Shown: piece by piece, positions 9,466-19,432 of the stretch
Layout of the letters: each line of letters starts with the position of its first letter
How positions within the stretch are numbered: the first letter of the stretch is position 1
NCBI GenBank assembly: GCA_963845085.1
Contig: CAWJQI010000004.1
Location: 1 to 64,000 of the forward strand
DNA from: Candidatus Fermentibacterota bacterium
GTDB taxonomy: Bacteria > Fermentibacterota > Fermentibacteria > Fermentibacterales > JCC-6
Reading direction: 5' to 3'
Length of the DNA: 64,000 bases
Translations under genes and position numbers: made by a program
The notes under the pieces: generated by a model
Told to the model about the DNA's origin: nothing
Seen by the model: only the letters and a program-made list of their open reading frames with translations
Database searches by the model: none

Positions 9466-10094
9466 ACGCTCCGCATCGGTCGCCTGCCAATTCGATGTGC
9501 ATGATTGCGGGTGTCACGGCCGCCATTCTGTCGGGTTTTACAGCTTCCGATCCATGCTTCGCGGGAAACTTCGAGGCAACTTCACCGGAAACCCCGACCG
9601 TTGCCCTTCCATCGGGCTTCTGCCTCCTTGTCCCAGTCATTCCCGAATCAGACCGTCTCATGCCTTCGGTCGTCGAATTCGAGCTTCGCCGCCTTGCGGA
9701 AGACGATGCTGGCTGGGAGGCTGAGACGATCTCCGTCACCCTTCTCACAAGCGTCTGGGGGGATCCGATGCGCGGGATGGGAACCGATTTCCCTTACATG
9801 GCGCCCGTTCCACTCACCCGCGAACAGGCGCTGTCGTTCCTTCCCGAAGCAGTGGAAACAAGCATCGCAGGCAGCCTCCGGGTGATGAGCTTCATCGGTG
9901 ACGGTGAACACACACTCGTTTACATCTTCGACGAGGCGGGTCGGACGATCGGCGTTGACTGGGACCCCGTGGCCGATTCAGGGGTGTACGTATTCCGCTA
10001 CAGCTACCTCCCGAACCCGGGTGACGAGGCGGTGGAATCGCCTGAATGGATCGATCCGGATGCAGCCGGGCAATTCGCCGGCATTATCTTTTGA
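9462..10094 (+). CDS. Hypothetical exported protein
   Basis: ATGA overlap with the methyltransferase stop; hydrophobic N-terminus. Confidence 0.6.
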   Translation: MNAPHRSPANSMCMIAGVTAAILSGFTASDPCFAGNFEATSPETPTVALPSGFCLLVPVIPESDRLMPSVVEFELRRLAEDDAGWEAETISVTLLTSVWGDPMRGMGTDFPYMAPVPLTREQALSFLPEAVETSIAGSLRVMSFIGDGEHTLVYIFDEAGRTIGVDWDPVADSGVYVFRYSYLPNPGDEAVESPEWIDPDAAGQFAGIIF

Positions 10095-10131
10095 CGGAGA
10101 ACTGGATATGGCGACGTGACCCGTTGCGGGT

Positions 10132-11481
10132 CTAGATGTAGCCAAGCCCCTCGAGGATGCTGCTGCCCTCTTCCTCATCGTAGAGCGGAGCCGACGAAAC
10201 TGAGGGAGTGACCCAGTAGTACTCGAGTTCCACTGTCGTGGCTGAATCGAGGGGTTGCGGAAGCTGTTCGAGCGGGTCCGAGGAGAGCTCGAAGCTCATC
10301 CCGGTGTTCGACCCGAAATCAAGGATACCCTTTGAGGTTCCCCGAAGGACGGAAGCCATGGTCTGCTCGTTCTGAGTGTTGATGTTGCTCGAGAAAACCC
10401 TCCGGTCGGCCGGAAGGGATCCGAGAAGGTCGAGCCCCGAAACTCCCTGCGGAGGTGTGATCCCCGCGAAGAGCAGGATCGTGGGCATGATGTCGGTCTG
10501 GGAGACCGCAGCTGCCTCGACCGCACCCCTTGGGATACCCGGACCCGAGACGATCAGCGGCACGTGCAGCTGTTCCTGGAAAAGCGAATGGCCGTGGCCG
10601 TAGAAGCCGTGTTCAACGAATTCCTCACCGTGGTCGGCGGTGATCATCACAAGGGCGCCGTCGGTGACCCCCATCTCCCTGAGCCCGGCGAACAGCCTTC
10701 CGAGCTCCGAGTCGACCCAGGCTATCTCGCCGTCGTACATGTCGACCATATGGTCCCTCTCGCCCATGATGGATGCGGCGAGAGTGTCCTGGGAGATCAA
10801 CCGGTTCCACTCATCGGGTGCCATGCTCACCTGCAGGTTTCGCAGAGTGTCGGAACTCCAGTTGATGCCGCCTTCCACCCCGACGGGAGAGAACATGGTG
10901 TCGAAGGGGGCCGGCGGCTCATAGGGGGCGTGGACGTCGTACAGGTGGATCACGAGAAGCTTCGGCGCAGGGTTGCCCACGTTCTGTGTGAACCACTCCA
11001 GAACCTCGTCAACCGTCTCGCCGGCGCGGCCGTGGCCGGCGGTGTTCACGCTGTAGTGGTCGAAGCCGTTCGCAAACCCGAAGCCGTGGGCCAGGAAGCC
11101 CACATTGACAAAGCCAAGGGTCACGTACCCGTTTTCCCCAAGCACCGTGGCGAAAGTTGGAAGCGCCACGTCGAGGCCGTACAGACTGCCGCCGAACAGA
11201 CCCGTGCGGTGCTCGACCGGTGTGAGCCCGGTCCAGATCGAGGCGTGCGATGGAAGGGTCCAGGGTGACTGCGCCTGGCACGAGGCGAAAAGGGTTCCCT
11301 CGGCGGCAAGGCTGTCGATCGTGGGCGAAACGCCCCGGCCGTACCCGTAGCAGCCGAGATGGTCGGCCCTCATAGTGTCGACGATGACAAGGATCACGTT
11401 AGGGCCCGAGGGTTTCCCGCAGGCGCAAACAAGCGCTGACACCAGAATAAAAAGACCCGACAAAAGCCTGAACACGCGCAC
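10132..11481 (-). CDS. Sulfatase-like hydrolase (alkaline phosphatase superfamily), lipoprotein
   Basis: PNVILVIVDTMRADH, WTLPSHAS, TADHGEEF, HGH motifs; lipobox VCAC; start uncertain. Confidence 0.88.
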   Translation of the reverse strand: MRVFRLLSGLFILVSALVCACGKPSGPNVILVIVDTMRADHLGCYGYGRGVSPTIDSLAAEGTLFASCQAQSPWTLPSHASIWTGLTPVEHRTGLFGGSLYGLDVALPTFATVLGENGYVTLGFVNVGFLAHGFGFANGFDHYSVNTAGHGRAGETVDEVLEWFTQNVGNPAPKLLVIHLYDVHAPYEPPAPFDTMFSPVGVEGGINWSSDTLRNLQVSMAPDEWNRLISQDTLAASIMGERDHMVDMYDGEIAWVDSELGRLFAGLREMGVTDGALVMITADHGEEFVEHGFYGHGHSLFQEQLHVPLIVSGPGIPRGAVEAAAVSQTDIMPTILLFAGITPPQGVSGLDLLGSLPADRRVFSSNINTQNEQTMASVLRGTSKGILDFGSNTGMSFELSSDPLEQLPQPLDSATTVELEYYWVTPSVSSAPLYDEEEGSSILEGLGYI

Positions 11482-11754
11482 CCGCCCCGTCACTGTTTGT
11501 GTGCAAGACCGAACAGCCTTCATCAGGCCGTTCCAAGAATAGCTTCCCGGGCGCGTGAAAGGAAGTGGCGCTTTTCTGGAGCATGGACGGAGCATTGCGG
11601 AGTGCCTATTTTTTGCATCGGGATGGTTCGGGCAACTCACAAAAGGGCTTTTGTAAAAGAAGGAGGCTTTCAAGGTGGTCGATGCATCGCGCCCGTCCGG
11701 TTCGACCCTTTATGTACCGCTTCAGTGCGCGCCTCCCGGAAAGGCTCACTGACC

Positions 11755-12510
11755 ATGCCGGCATGGCGCCCCGCAGCGCTCTCAATGCAGGAATACCTGT
11801 CCAGCGCCGGAAAGCTCGATTACGTTAGGGCACTCGCTGCCAACCCGCAGGACGGCACGCCCAATCCCAACCTGCTCCGTCATATCAACGGGGGGGGACT
11901 TCTGAAGAAGGGTGTGTGCTGGTGGCATTCACGGTTCACCCGGAACGCCCTCTACCTTGCCTACTTCCTGCCCGACGAAAAGCGCCCTGATGAGAGGGAA
12001 ACCCGTTTGATAACAGGAAGGCTCATGATGGCCGGAGGAGTTACCGCCATCCCGGGCTTCCCGAACCTGCGCGAGTTTTCCGAGGCCAACTGGGCGCTCA
12101 TCCAGAAAACGCTGGAGAGGCGGCAGATCATCGAGGGCTTCCTGCAGTTCGCCTGGATAAACGGCCTTGCGGGCAGATCAAGGGTATCCCCCGCGAGGAT
12201 GGAAACCCTCATGAAACGGGTACACTCCGAGACTTCATCAAAGGGAATCTCGTACGTGAAGTTTCAGACGCCCGGGCTGGATGCCCATGCACTGCTGATC
12301 ACGCGCTCCGAGCCTCTGCCGGACGGCGGATACGCCCTGCGATACCTCGACAGCAACCTGCCCCGGGAAGCGGCTCTCGAGTATCGGCCCGGCGACACGC
12401 ATCTTTCACTCGAGTCACACCTGACGGGGGTACCGTACCTTCAGCGCAAAGGCGAACTGGCCCGGATCGCAAAGGTGATCGCAGGGTTTGCGAGGACAAA
12501 CGGCGGTTAG
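11755..12510 (+). CDS. Hypothetical protein with putative papain-like Cys-His-Asp triad
   Basis: GVCWWHSR, AHALLI, YLDSN motifs. Confidence 0.65.
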   Translation: MPAWRPAALSMQEYLSSAGKLDYVRALAANPQDGTPNPNLLRHINGGGLLKKGVCWWHSRFTRNALYLAYFLPDEKRPDERETRLITGRLMMAGGVTAIPGFPNLREFSEANWALIQKTLERRQIIEGFLQFAWINGLAGRSRVSPARMETLMKRVHSETSSKGISYVKFQTPGLDAHALLITRSEPLPDGGYALRYLDSNLPREAALEYRPGDTHLSLESHLTGVPYLQRKGELARIAKVIAGFARTNGG

Positions 12511-12531
12511 CCGGCGTTCGGCGGGCCTGCG

Positions 12532-12555
12532 AAAAGCCGGGGGATTGAACCCGGC
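12532..12555 (-). terminator. Intrinsic terminator candidate between convergent genes
   Basis: GCCGGG-8nt-CCCGGC followed by TTTT on the minus strand. Confidence 0.5.
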
Positions 12556-12591
12556 CTGCCGCAGACGCTCGAGATCATTCCGGGCTGATCG

Positions 12592-13695
12592 TCAAGGCCC
12601 AACCCTGTAGAATCTCTCGACTTCATACTCGTTGCGCGTGGCCGCCAAACCGTGCGCCGATACATGCAGTGCCGGATATGCCCCGGAGCCCGTGGTGTCG
12701 GCGAAGAGAACCACCCTGCGCAGAAGGTCACCCCCGGGAGAGATGACATCCCAGTGCTCGGACTCTGCCAGACCCATTCGTCTGACCCAGATGTTCTCCT
12801 CTCCATCGATCGCAAGGCCGGTGACGTACGGGTGCAGAAGCGGTGCCGAAACCTCAAGTGTGCTTGTCTCCCCGTTCACAGACAGCGGCAGTGTAAGCGG
12901 AAGATATTGAAGCTGGTGAATTTCAAGATCGAAGCCCGGCCTGTCCTCGGGTTCCATGACAAACGTATGAAGGAGCACGCCTGCGGGCGAATACTTCTCG
13001 ATCACGTATTCGTCGCTGTCGAGGAGCGATACGTACAAGTTGCCATGCGAGTCGGTCGTGAAAATGGGCCAGAATGGAAGCAGGTCTATCCCTTCTGATC
13101 GCATCGGCTCGACGTGTTCCATGTACACAACACCCTGCTCGCCGGTGTACCCGTTGGCCGAATACAGCCTGAACCCCGGTGTCAGCTGCCCTTCGACAAG
13201 ATCCCATGTTATCTCCTGCAAAACCACCATGGAGTCTGCACCGGGCTTCATGGACAACAGCAGCCCGCGCTGCGCAGGCCAGCTTCCCGAATAGACGAGA
13301 TCAGCCGAGAGCATCGTCAGGTTCCTGGTTCCAAAGTCGAAGATGAGGAACTCCCCATCCTGCAGGCGGCACATCCTGAAGGGGTCTGAAAACTCCCCCG
13401 GCCCCCCTCCCCGCCTGCCGAAAGACTTCAGAAACACCCCGTCCCCGTCGAAAAACGCCAGCCTGCTGAATCCGCCATCCAGTACCGCAAAACCTTCGGG
13501 AACGGGGATGATCTCGTTGACGCTGCCGAACATGCAGCTGCTGTCACCCATCAGAACGCCGATGGTGTCGCAGAAGAACAGGGTATCGGTCGGGACTGCG
13601 AGCGTGACCGGCGTTTCCGCACCATTTTCTCCACATCCGACAAACGCGAGGAGAACGGCCGGAAACAACGCTCTGCGAATCTCCATGTCATCCAT
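12592..13695 (-). CDS. 6-bladed beta-propeller (NHL-like) lipoprotein
   Basis: Lipobox FVGC; FGRRGGGPGEFSDP and DSHGNLYV NHL-type blades. Confidence 0.8.
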   Translation of the reverse strand: MDDMEIRRALFPAVLLAFVGCGENGAETPVTLAVPTDTLFFCDTIGVLMGDSSCMFGSVNEIIPVPEGFAVLDGGFSRLAFFDGDGVFLKSFGRRGGGPGEFSDPFRMCRLQDGEFLIFDFGTRNLTMLSADLVYSGSWPAQRGLLLSMKPGADSMVVLQEITWDLVEGQLTPGFRLYSANGYTGEQGVVYMEHVEPMRSEGIDLLPFWPIFTTDSHGNLYVSLLDSDEYVIEKYSPAGVLLHTFVMEPEDRPGFDLEIHQLQYLPLTLPLSVNGETSTLEVSAPLLHPYVTGLAIDGEENIWVRRMGLAESEHWDVISPGGDLLRRVVLFADTTGSGAYPALHVSAHGLAATRNEYEVERFYRVGP

Positions 13696-13873
13696 CCTTC
13701 CTGTTCATATCGCCATATTGTCCCGACTGCATCGGCGGAATCAGCTGAACGAACATGATCAATACCTTTATGCAGTTGGCTGCTGATCGTCAAGGTCATT
13801 CACCCCCACGGTGTTGTCGCTGACCCCACTTGAACGGATCTGCTCAATATGCTATCGTACAGTGTTCCAATAA

Positions 13874-15406
13874 ATGGAGGTCGGAATGAGCTCCAAAGCG
13901 ATTGACGACGATACGGGAAAAAGCTCGGTCCTTTTCCGCACGGCCTGTTTCCTGGCAGTGCTTGGAATGCTCTCCCTCATCATTTTCCTCCTGGGTTCCC
14001 CCAGCAGGCATCCCGATGTTCTCGGAAGGTACTCCTACAGGCTTGTTGCCATGATGGCCATTCTTCTCGGGTCTGCAGCGGTCATGCTGAAGCCGGTTCT
14101 GAACCCTGCTGCACTGGCTCCGCTGCGGCGCGCAGCGCGGGCGGTACCCGGGTGGGTTGCCGCAATGACGCTTGTTCTCCCGCCTCCTGTGCTGTTCCTT
14201 CTCTGGTTCCTGTTCCCGATTCCCCTGTTCAACCAACCCTTCGGCATCGCAGGGATGGCACTGCTCGCAGTGTGCCCGGGCATGCTTTTGTTCGGAAGCT
14301 ATTCCCGGGAGAAACTGCGCGAGGCAAAGACCGGCCTGCTCATAACCTTTTTCAGCATGCTCCTGGGACTGGGCCTTCTCGAGGTCGTGGCGAGAATAAC
14401 GGTGCCGGGCAACCTCTTCAGCCCGAGGTTCGGTCTGTGCGCCAATCAAAGATGCCTTCTGAGGGTCGACCTGGAAGGGGTCAGCCCGGAGGGGGTCATG
14501 ACGACCAACCGGTGGGGGCTCAGGGGTGATGAGCCGCCGGCTGACTGGGAGGCATGCACCACGATAATAACGGTCGGGGGCAGCACAACGATCGACTACT
14601 ACCTCGACGATTCGAAAACCTGGGCGAGCATTCTTCAGGAGAGGCTCAGGGCATCGAACCGCAACGTGTGGGTCGGGAACGCGGGAATACCAGCCCACTC
14701 GACCGTTGAGCACATCCTCCTCCTCGAGGAGGTAATCAGCCGGATCAGGCCCGACATCATCGTGTTCCTGATCGGTGTCAACGACCTCCGGCACCTCACG
14801 GCCGGCGGGAGGGCGGTCAGCAGGGATGACCTCGACAGACCCAACCTGAGAAGGGTGCTTTTCGACAATGTGAGGTTACTGCTGGTCATCAGAAAGGCCA
14901 AGATGGTGTTCCTCGAAGGAGCCGAACATATCACGGGCACCTGTCTCGGACGGAGACAGGAGATCGAGGAAATCCTGTCCACGCCGCTCACCGGCCCGCG
15001 GCCTGAAGCGGACGCCGGGCTGCCGGACGACACCGGCTTCTACGAGGCTTCAATCCTGAGGATGATCGAGCTGTGCCGCGGGATGGGCGCCACGCCCGTG
15101 TTCATGACCCAGCCGCTTCTCTACGAGGACAACGAACACTGGAGGGGGATCTGGGATCACGAGCTTGCCGGAGCGACGGCTGTTCATTATTCGGCGGCGG
15201 AGGCATGGCTGATGCTCGATGCGCTCAACAGGAAGCTGATCGAGGTCTGTGCAAGGGAGGGTGTGGCCTGTTTCGATCTTGCCGCAGCGGTCCCCCACGA
15301 ACGAACCTACTTCTACGACAGCGCCCACTTCACGGAAACCGGAACCCGTCTCATCGGGGAGGAGCTGGCCGCTTTCCTGCTGTCAGCCGGGGTCCTCGGG
15401 CAGTAG
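13874..15406 (+). CDS. Membrane-anchored SGNH/GDSL hydrolase family protein
   Basis: N-terminal TM helices; blocks GGSTT, NAG, GVND, DSAH. Confidence 0.85.
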   Translation: MEVGMSSKAIDDDTGKSSVLFRTACFLAVLGMLSLIIFLLGSPSRHPDVLGRYSYRLVAMMAILLGSAAVMLKPVLNPAALAPLRRAARAVPGWVAAMTLVLPPPVLFLLWFLFPIPLFNQPFGIAGMALLAVCPGMLLFGSYSREKLREAKTGLLITFFSMLLGLGLLEVVARITVPGNLFSPRFGLCANQRCLLRVDLEGVSPEGVMTTNRWGLRGDEPPADWEACTTIITVGGSTTIDYYLDDSKTWASILQERLRASNRNVWVGNAGIPAHSTVEHILLLEEVISRIRPDIIVFLIGVNDLRHLTAGGRAVSRDDLDRPNLRRVLFDNVRLLLVIRKAKMVFLEGAEHITGTCLGRRQEIEEILSTPLTGPRPEADAGLPDDTGFYEASILRMIELCRGMGATPVFMTQPLLYEDNEHWRGIWDHELAGATAVHYSAAEAWLMLDALNRKLIEVCAREGVACFDLAAAVPHERTYFYDSAHFTETGTRLIGEELAAFLLSAGVLGQ

Positions 15407-15412
15407 TCGGGC

Positions 15413-16215
15413 CTAAAGGTATTTCAGAAGTACCCCGCCCTGTTTACCCGCGAACAGCTCGATGTGCGGTTTGACCGGGCTCGCCTTGATCTTCGGAAAC
15501 AGAACCTGTTCCACCTGAAAGAAGCCTGCATTTTCGCTCATCATGATCTCGATGCGGATCGGTCTCGAATCGCCTTTTCCTATCACCACGTTCGAAACGG
15601 CCGATGCGGAGTAACGGTGAATGTCGCCAACCTGGGGGCCCGCGGCGAGCATCCCGGGAATGCGGGAGCGACCGTGCTCCATGTCGCAGCCGTCCCCGAT
15701 CAGCACAAGCCCCGCCTCGAGTGACGACACCCTTCTCGTGGTCATGTGCCCCGCAATGCCCTCCATTGCCGTTGCGCGGATGGCCACGCGGCGCCTTATG
15801 GAATCGGGAATGACGGCGCCGAGTATCCTGTCGACAATGGGATGGGAGAGAATGAGTGCATGCTCCTCGTGGCCGTCCCGCTCCACCCCCATGCCGACGT
15901 CGTGCAGCATGGCCGCAAGGAAAACGGCCGCTCTGCTGTCATCGGTTGACAGACCCGACTCGGCCTCGAGGCTGAGCCTGACCCCTCCCGCAACAAGCAG
16001 GTCGAGCATCTGGAGCGCGTTGAGCGCTGCAATCCTCATGTGCACGGGCCATGGTCGTTCATGCCCAGCCGTTTGATGGAGACCGAGTTCGCGTGTTCCT
16101 GCATTGCGGCGACCTCTTCGTCCCCGAACGCAATCTCGGCAATGCTTCGAGCTGTTCCGGACAGCATGCGCAGTATGCCGAGTTCCAGCTCTTCCTTCTT
16201 GTTTACCCTTATCAC
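15413..16215 (-). pseudogene. HD-superfamily phosphohydrolase, frameshifted as assembled (-1 near 16046)
   Basis: N-terminal frame VIRVNKK...RLGMNDHGP joins VHMRIA...LHDVGM...GDGCDM if one base is restored. Confidence 0.8.
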
Positions 16216-16365
16216 GGCATCCCTTCATCCGGACAATCCCGGCGCGCGGAACATGCAACGCGGCGGACCGTGATCGCCAACCCCCAGGGCAGTGCATTGC
16301 ACGGAAGCGCAGGGAATAGAAGATTCCCCTTGGGGTAACACAGCGGCAGGAAGGGAGAACGGGTA

Positions 16366-18564
16366 ATGAAGCTGAAGATTTCAGCCCTGACGGGTGTTCT
16401 TGCGGTCAGCGCATGTTTCGGGGGAAACAACCCCCCGGTGGCCGGAAGGGACATCCCCTCCGGAGGAACCCTTGTCTTTCCGGAAGGAGTCTCAATGGCA
16501 GCATCGTTCGCGGGAAGCTTCTACCAGCCGGTTGACTTTACATTGGAGCCGGCCATGCCCGCAATGGGGCTGCCGCTGGACCGCGGGAGTGTGATAAACC
16601 TCGAACAGATGATACTCGCAACAGGGCTGCAGGAAGTGCCCGAAGGCCTGGTGCGCAACGGATTCACTGTGTTCTCGCCAATCTGGGCGACTGACAATCC
16701 CGTCAGTGCATATCAGACGGTTTCCGAACTCGGTCAGCCTGTATTCGTGTCGGCCGGCATTCCCCTGCACATGCTGCACATCTTCTTCGACCAGATTCTG
16801 CAGCAGGTTGAGGAAGACCACCTGCGGGCCGACCTCACTACTCTTTGCAGAGAGCTCTACCAGGCAAACATCGACCGTGGGGCAAGCCTCGGCGCCGCAT
16901 ACTTCGCCGTGCCTCTGGCGCTGCTCGACCCCGCTTTCACCCCCGACCCCTCCATCGCCGATGCCGTCGCAGCCGAACTTGAGCTTATCGACGCCCATCA
17001 GGGCTTCGCAGAGAGCCCTGTGTTCGGCTACAGGGAGGACTACTCCCAGTACGTGCCAAGGGGGCACTACACTGCAACGCAAACGCTGGAGCAGTACTTC
17101 AGGGCCATGATGTGGCTGGGAAGGCTGACCCTGATCCTCAACGGTGGGGAACCCAACGGACCCGAAGCCGCCTACCTCGTTTCGGAGGATGATGCCAGGG
17201 CAATGACTGCATGCGCCGTCATGACCGTTAGCGACCTTGGGACCATCGAGTACGGGGGCGAGCGCCTTCTCGACATCTGGGCCCGGATCTACGAGGTGAC
17301 GGCATTTTTTGCAGGTTTCGCTGACGACCTCTCGGTGCCCGAATACGCATCCGCAGTGGTTGAGCTGGAGGGTTCCGAAGCTTCAGTTGACCTGGTGTGG
17401 AGCACGGGGTTCTACACGGCCTTCAGGGAGTTAGTGAACAGCTCGTACGAGTGTCCGTCGATCTACAGCGGTACGGGCGGGCTGGTTTCGATGCCGGACG
17501 CACAGGGCGGGTTCGACCCGGATGACCTCGAAGATGCATTCTCGAAAACCACCGGGTTCCGCTTCCTGGGCCAGCGGTATACGCCGGACAGCGAAATACT
17601 TGGAAAGCTGGTTTTCCCTTCGGTTGGTCCAGACGGCAGTGGCGGGCAGCGTTTCATGCCGACCGGTCTCGATGTGGCCGCAGCGTTCGGCAGCGGGGCC
17701 GCCCGCAGGATACTTGAACAGCAGGGCGCGTTCGGATTCTCAGGCTACGGGGATTCCCTTGCCGCGATGACGGAGATGATCGGAGGCTATTCGCAGGACG
17801 ATTGGCACGCAACGCTTTATATGTCCTGGCTGCACTGCCTGCACCTCCTCCAGCAGGACAGGGGTGAAGGCTACCCCGACTTTATGAGGACCGACGCCTG
17901 GGAGGTGCACACACTCTCAAATGTCCTCGCTTCCTGGGCCATGCTCAGACATGACACGATCCTCTACGCGAAGCAGAGTTACACGATGGAGGCCGGCTGC
18001 GCTCCCGGCCAGGACGAACCCGTGCCCTCCGCGGGTTTCGTCGAACCCGTCCCGGATGTTTACGCGGAACTCGCGGCCACCCTCATGATGGCGAGGGCGG
18101 GACTTTCTTCGTACGGTCTGCTTGACGATGCCCTGAACAGCCGTTTTGAGAACGCCACAGGAGTCGTCGGAAGGCTTCAGAACATCGCAGAGAGGGAGCT
18201 CGCCGGGCAGCCCGTCACACCCGAGGACGCCGACTTTCTGAAGGGGTTCGCGGGCTGGCTCGAGGGCGCGATAGCGTGGGGCGGCGAAACATCCGAGGGG
18301 CTTGAGACGACCCTTGTCGCCGACGTGCACACCGACCAGAACTCGAGCTCTGTCCTCGAGGTGGCGAGCGGACAGCTGGACTACTGCATCGTTGCCTATC
18401 TGAGACCCGACGGCCATGCCGAAGTGGCCGTGGGGCCGGTGCTCAGCTACTACGAGTTCACATGGCCCATGGCTGACCGGCTGACCGACGAGGCATGGCG
18501 CGCGATACTCGCAGGATCCGACCGGCCGGACAGGCCCTTCTGGACGGCAGAGTTCATGGAATAG
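16366..18564 (+). CDS. DUF3160 family lipoprotein
   Basis: EDYSQYVPRGHYT, YFRAMMWLGR, LRHDTILYAKQSY, RLTDEAW motifs; lipobox VSAC. Confidence 0.9.
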   Translation: MKLKISALTGVLAVSACFGGNNPPVAGRDIPSGGTLVFPEGVSMAASFAGSFYQPVDFTLEPAMPAMGLPLDRGSVINLEQMILATGLQEVPEGLVRNGFTVFSPIWATDNPVSAYQTVSELGQPVFVSAGIPLHMLHIFFDQILQQVEEDHLRADLTTLCRELYQANIDRGASLGAAYFAVPLALLDPAFTPDPSIADAVAAELELIDAHQGFAESPVFGYREDYSQYVPRGHYTATQTLEQYFRAMMWLGRLTLILNGGEPNGPEAAYLVSEDDARAMTACAVMTVSDLGTIEYGGERLLDIWARIYEVTAFFAGFADDLSVPEYASAVVELEGSEASVDLVWSTGFYTAFRELVNSSYECPSIYSGTGGLVSMPDAQGGFDPDDLEDAFSKTTGFRFLGQRYTPDSEILGKLVFPSVGPDGSGGQRFMPTGLDVAAAFGSGAARRILEQQGAFGFSGYGDSLAAMTEMIGGYSQDDWHATLYMSWLHCLHLLQQDRGEGYPDFMRTDAWEVHTLSNVLASWAMLRHDTILYAKQSYTMEAGCAPGQDEPVPSAGFVEPVPDVYAELAATLMMARAGLSSYGLLDDALNSRFENATGVVGRLQNIAERELAGQPVTPEDADFLKGFAGWLEGAIAWGGETSEGLETTLVADVHTDQNSSSVLEVASGQLDYCIVAYLRPDGHAEVAVGPVLSYYEFTWPMADRLTDEAWRAILAGSDRPDRPFWTAEFME

Positions 18565-18572
18565 CTTGCTCG

Positions 18573-18597
18573 GGGGGGGTGCCGACGGCACCCCCCC
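18573..18597. terminator. Bidirectional GC hairpin between convergent genes
   Basis: GGGGGGGTGCC-GAC-GGCACCCCCCC, 11-bp stem; no clear U tract. Confidence 0.6.
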
Positions 18598-19389
18598 TCA
18601 GTCAAGGCACCATTCAGCAGCACTGCGCATCAGGTCCCAATCCGAACCCTGGTCGTCGTACTCCTTGAAGAGGGTGATCCCGTCGCGGTCGCTGTCCTCC
18701 TCCCATTCCGGGTGGGGACCGGTCAGGAACACCCGGCCGTTGCCGAAGGTGCAGGCGACGAAGGCCGCACGGCCCGTCAAGGCGTACCTGCCGACAATGA
18801 AAACGCCGGGATCGCCGGGGTTGGTCTGCTCGAAGCATGGCCCGTTGTAGAACATTACCCAGATGGAATCCGGGTGGTTCTGCGAAATGACATGTGCCGT
18901 GTCGATGTCCACCCTGCACATGCCGATCTCGGGGTAGGCGAATATCTCGGGGTTGGGGCCGGAGCCCGTGCCGTGGAACAGCCCGAGTTGCTCCTCGGTG
19001 ACCGTCACTCCGTCCCAGACCTGCTTCTCACAGGCGTACAGGGCGCCTGCACAGGTGCCGATGAAACCGCATCCACCTCCCACGGCGTTCCTGATGACAT
19101 CCCTGCCCGCAGGCGTTATGAGGGAAAGGTAGGGCGCCGAGGAACCTCCGGGGAAGTAGAAGAGGTCGATATCGGACACATCCGCTCCGTTTATGTCATC
19201 GGCCTGGAGGTGACGGGTCTCATACCCCATCCATTCGAACATGCAGGTGGCTGCCACGACGCATGCATCGGCTGCACCCTCGCCCGAATAAATGCCGACG
19301 ATGACCCTCCCGTCTTCGTTGCCCGAGGGCTCGAACATGCCGCACGCGGCAAGCAATGGAAGGGTTGTGAGAAGAACCGGGGCTTTCAT
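18598..19389 (-). CDS. BPL-N (class I glutamine amidotransferase-like) lipoprotein
   Basis: PGG, GTCAGA nucleophile elbow, PHPE; lipobox LAAC. Confidence 0.8.
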   Translation of the reverse strand: MKAPVLLTTLPLLAACGMFEPSGNEDGRVIVGIYSGEGAADACVVAATCMFEWMGYETRHLQADDINGADVSDIDLFYFPGGSSAPYLSLITPAGRDVIRNAVGGGCGFIGTCAGALYACEKQVWDGVTVTEEQLGLFHGTGSGPNPEIFAYPEIGMCRVDIDTAHVISQNHPDSIWVMFYNGPCFEQTNPGDPGVFIVGRYALTGRAAFVACTFGNGRVFLTGPHPEWEEDSDRDGITLFKEYDDQGSDWDLMRSAAEWCLD

Positions 19390-19432
19390 GCCGACTCCTC
19401 CATCCCGGACATGACCGCCGGCAGGCGGCGCA

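Noticed and set aside
12536..12555. tRNA T-arm-like GGGTTCAATCCC on the minus strand
   Set aside because: No D arm, anticodon arm or acceptor stem; better explained as a terminator hairpin.
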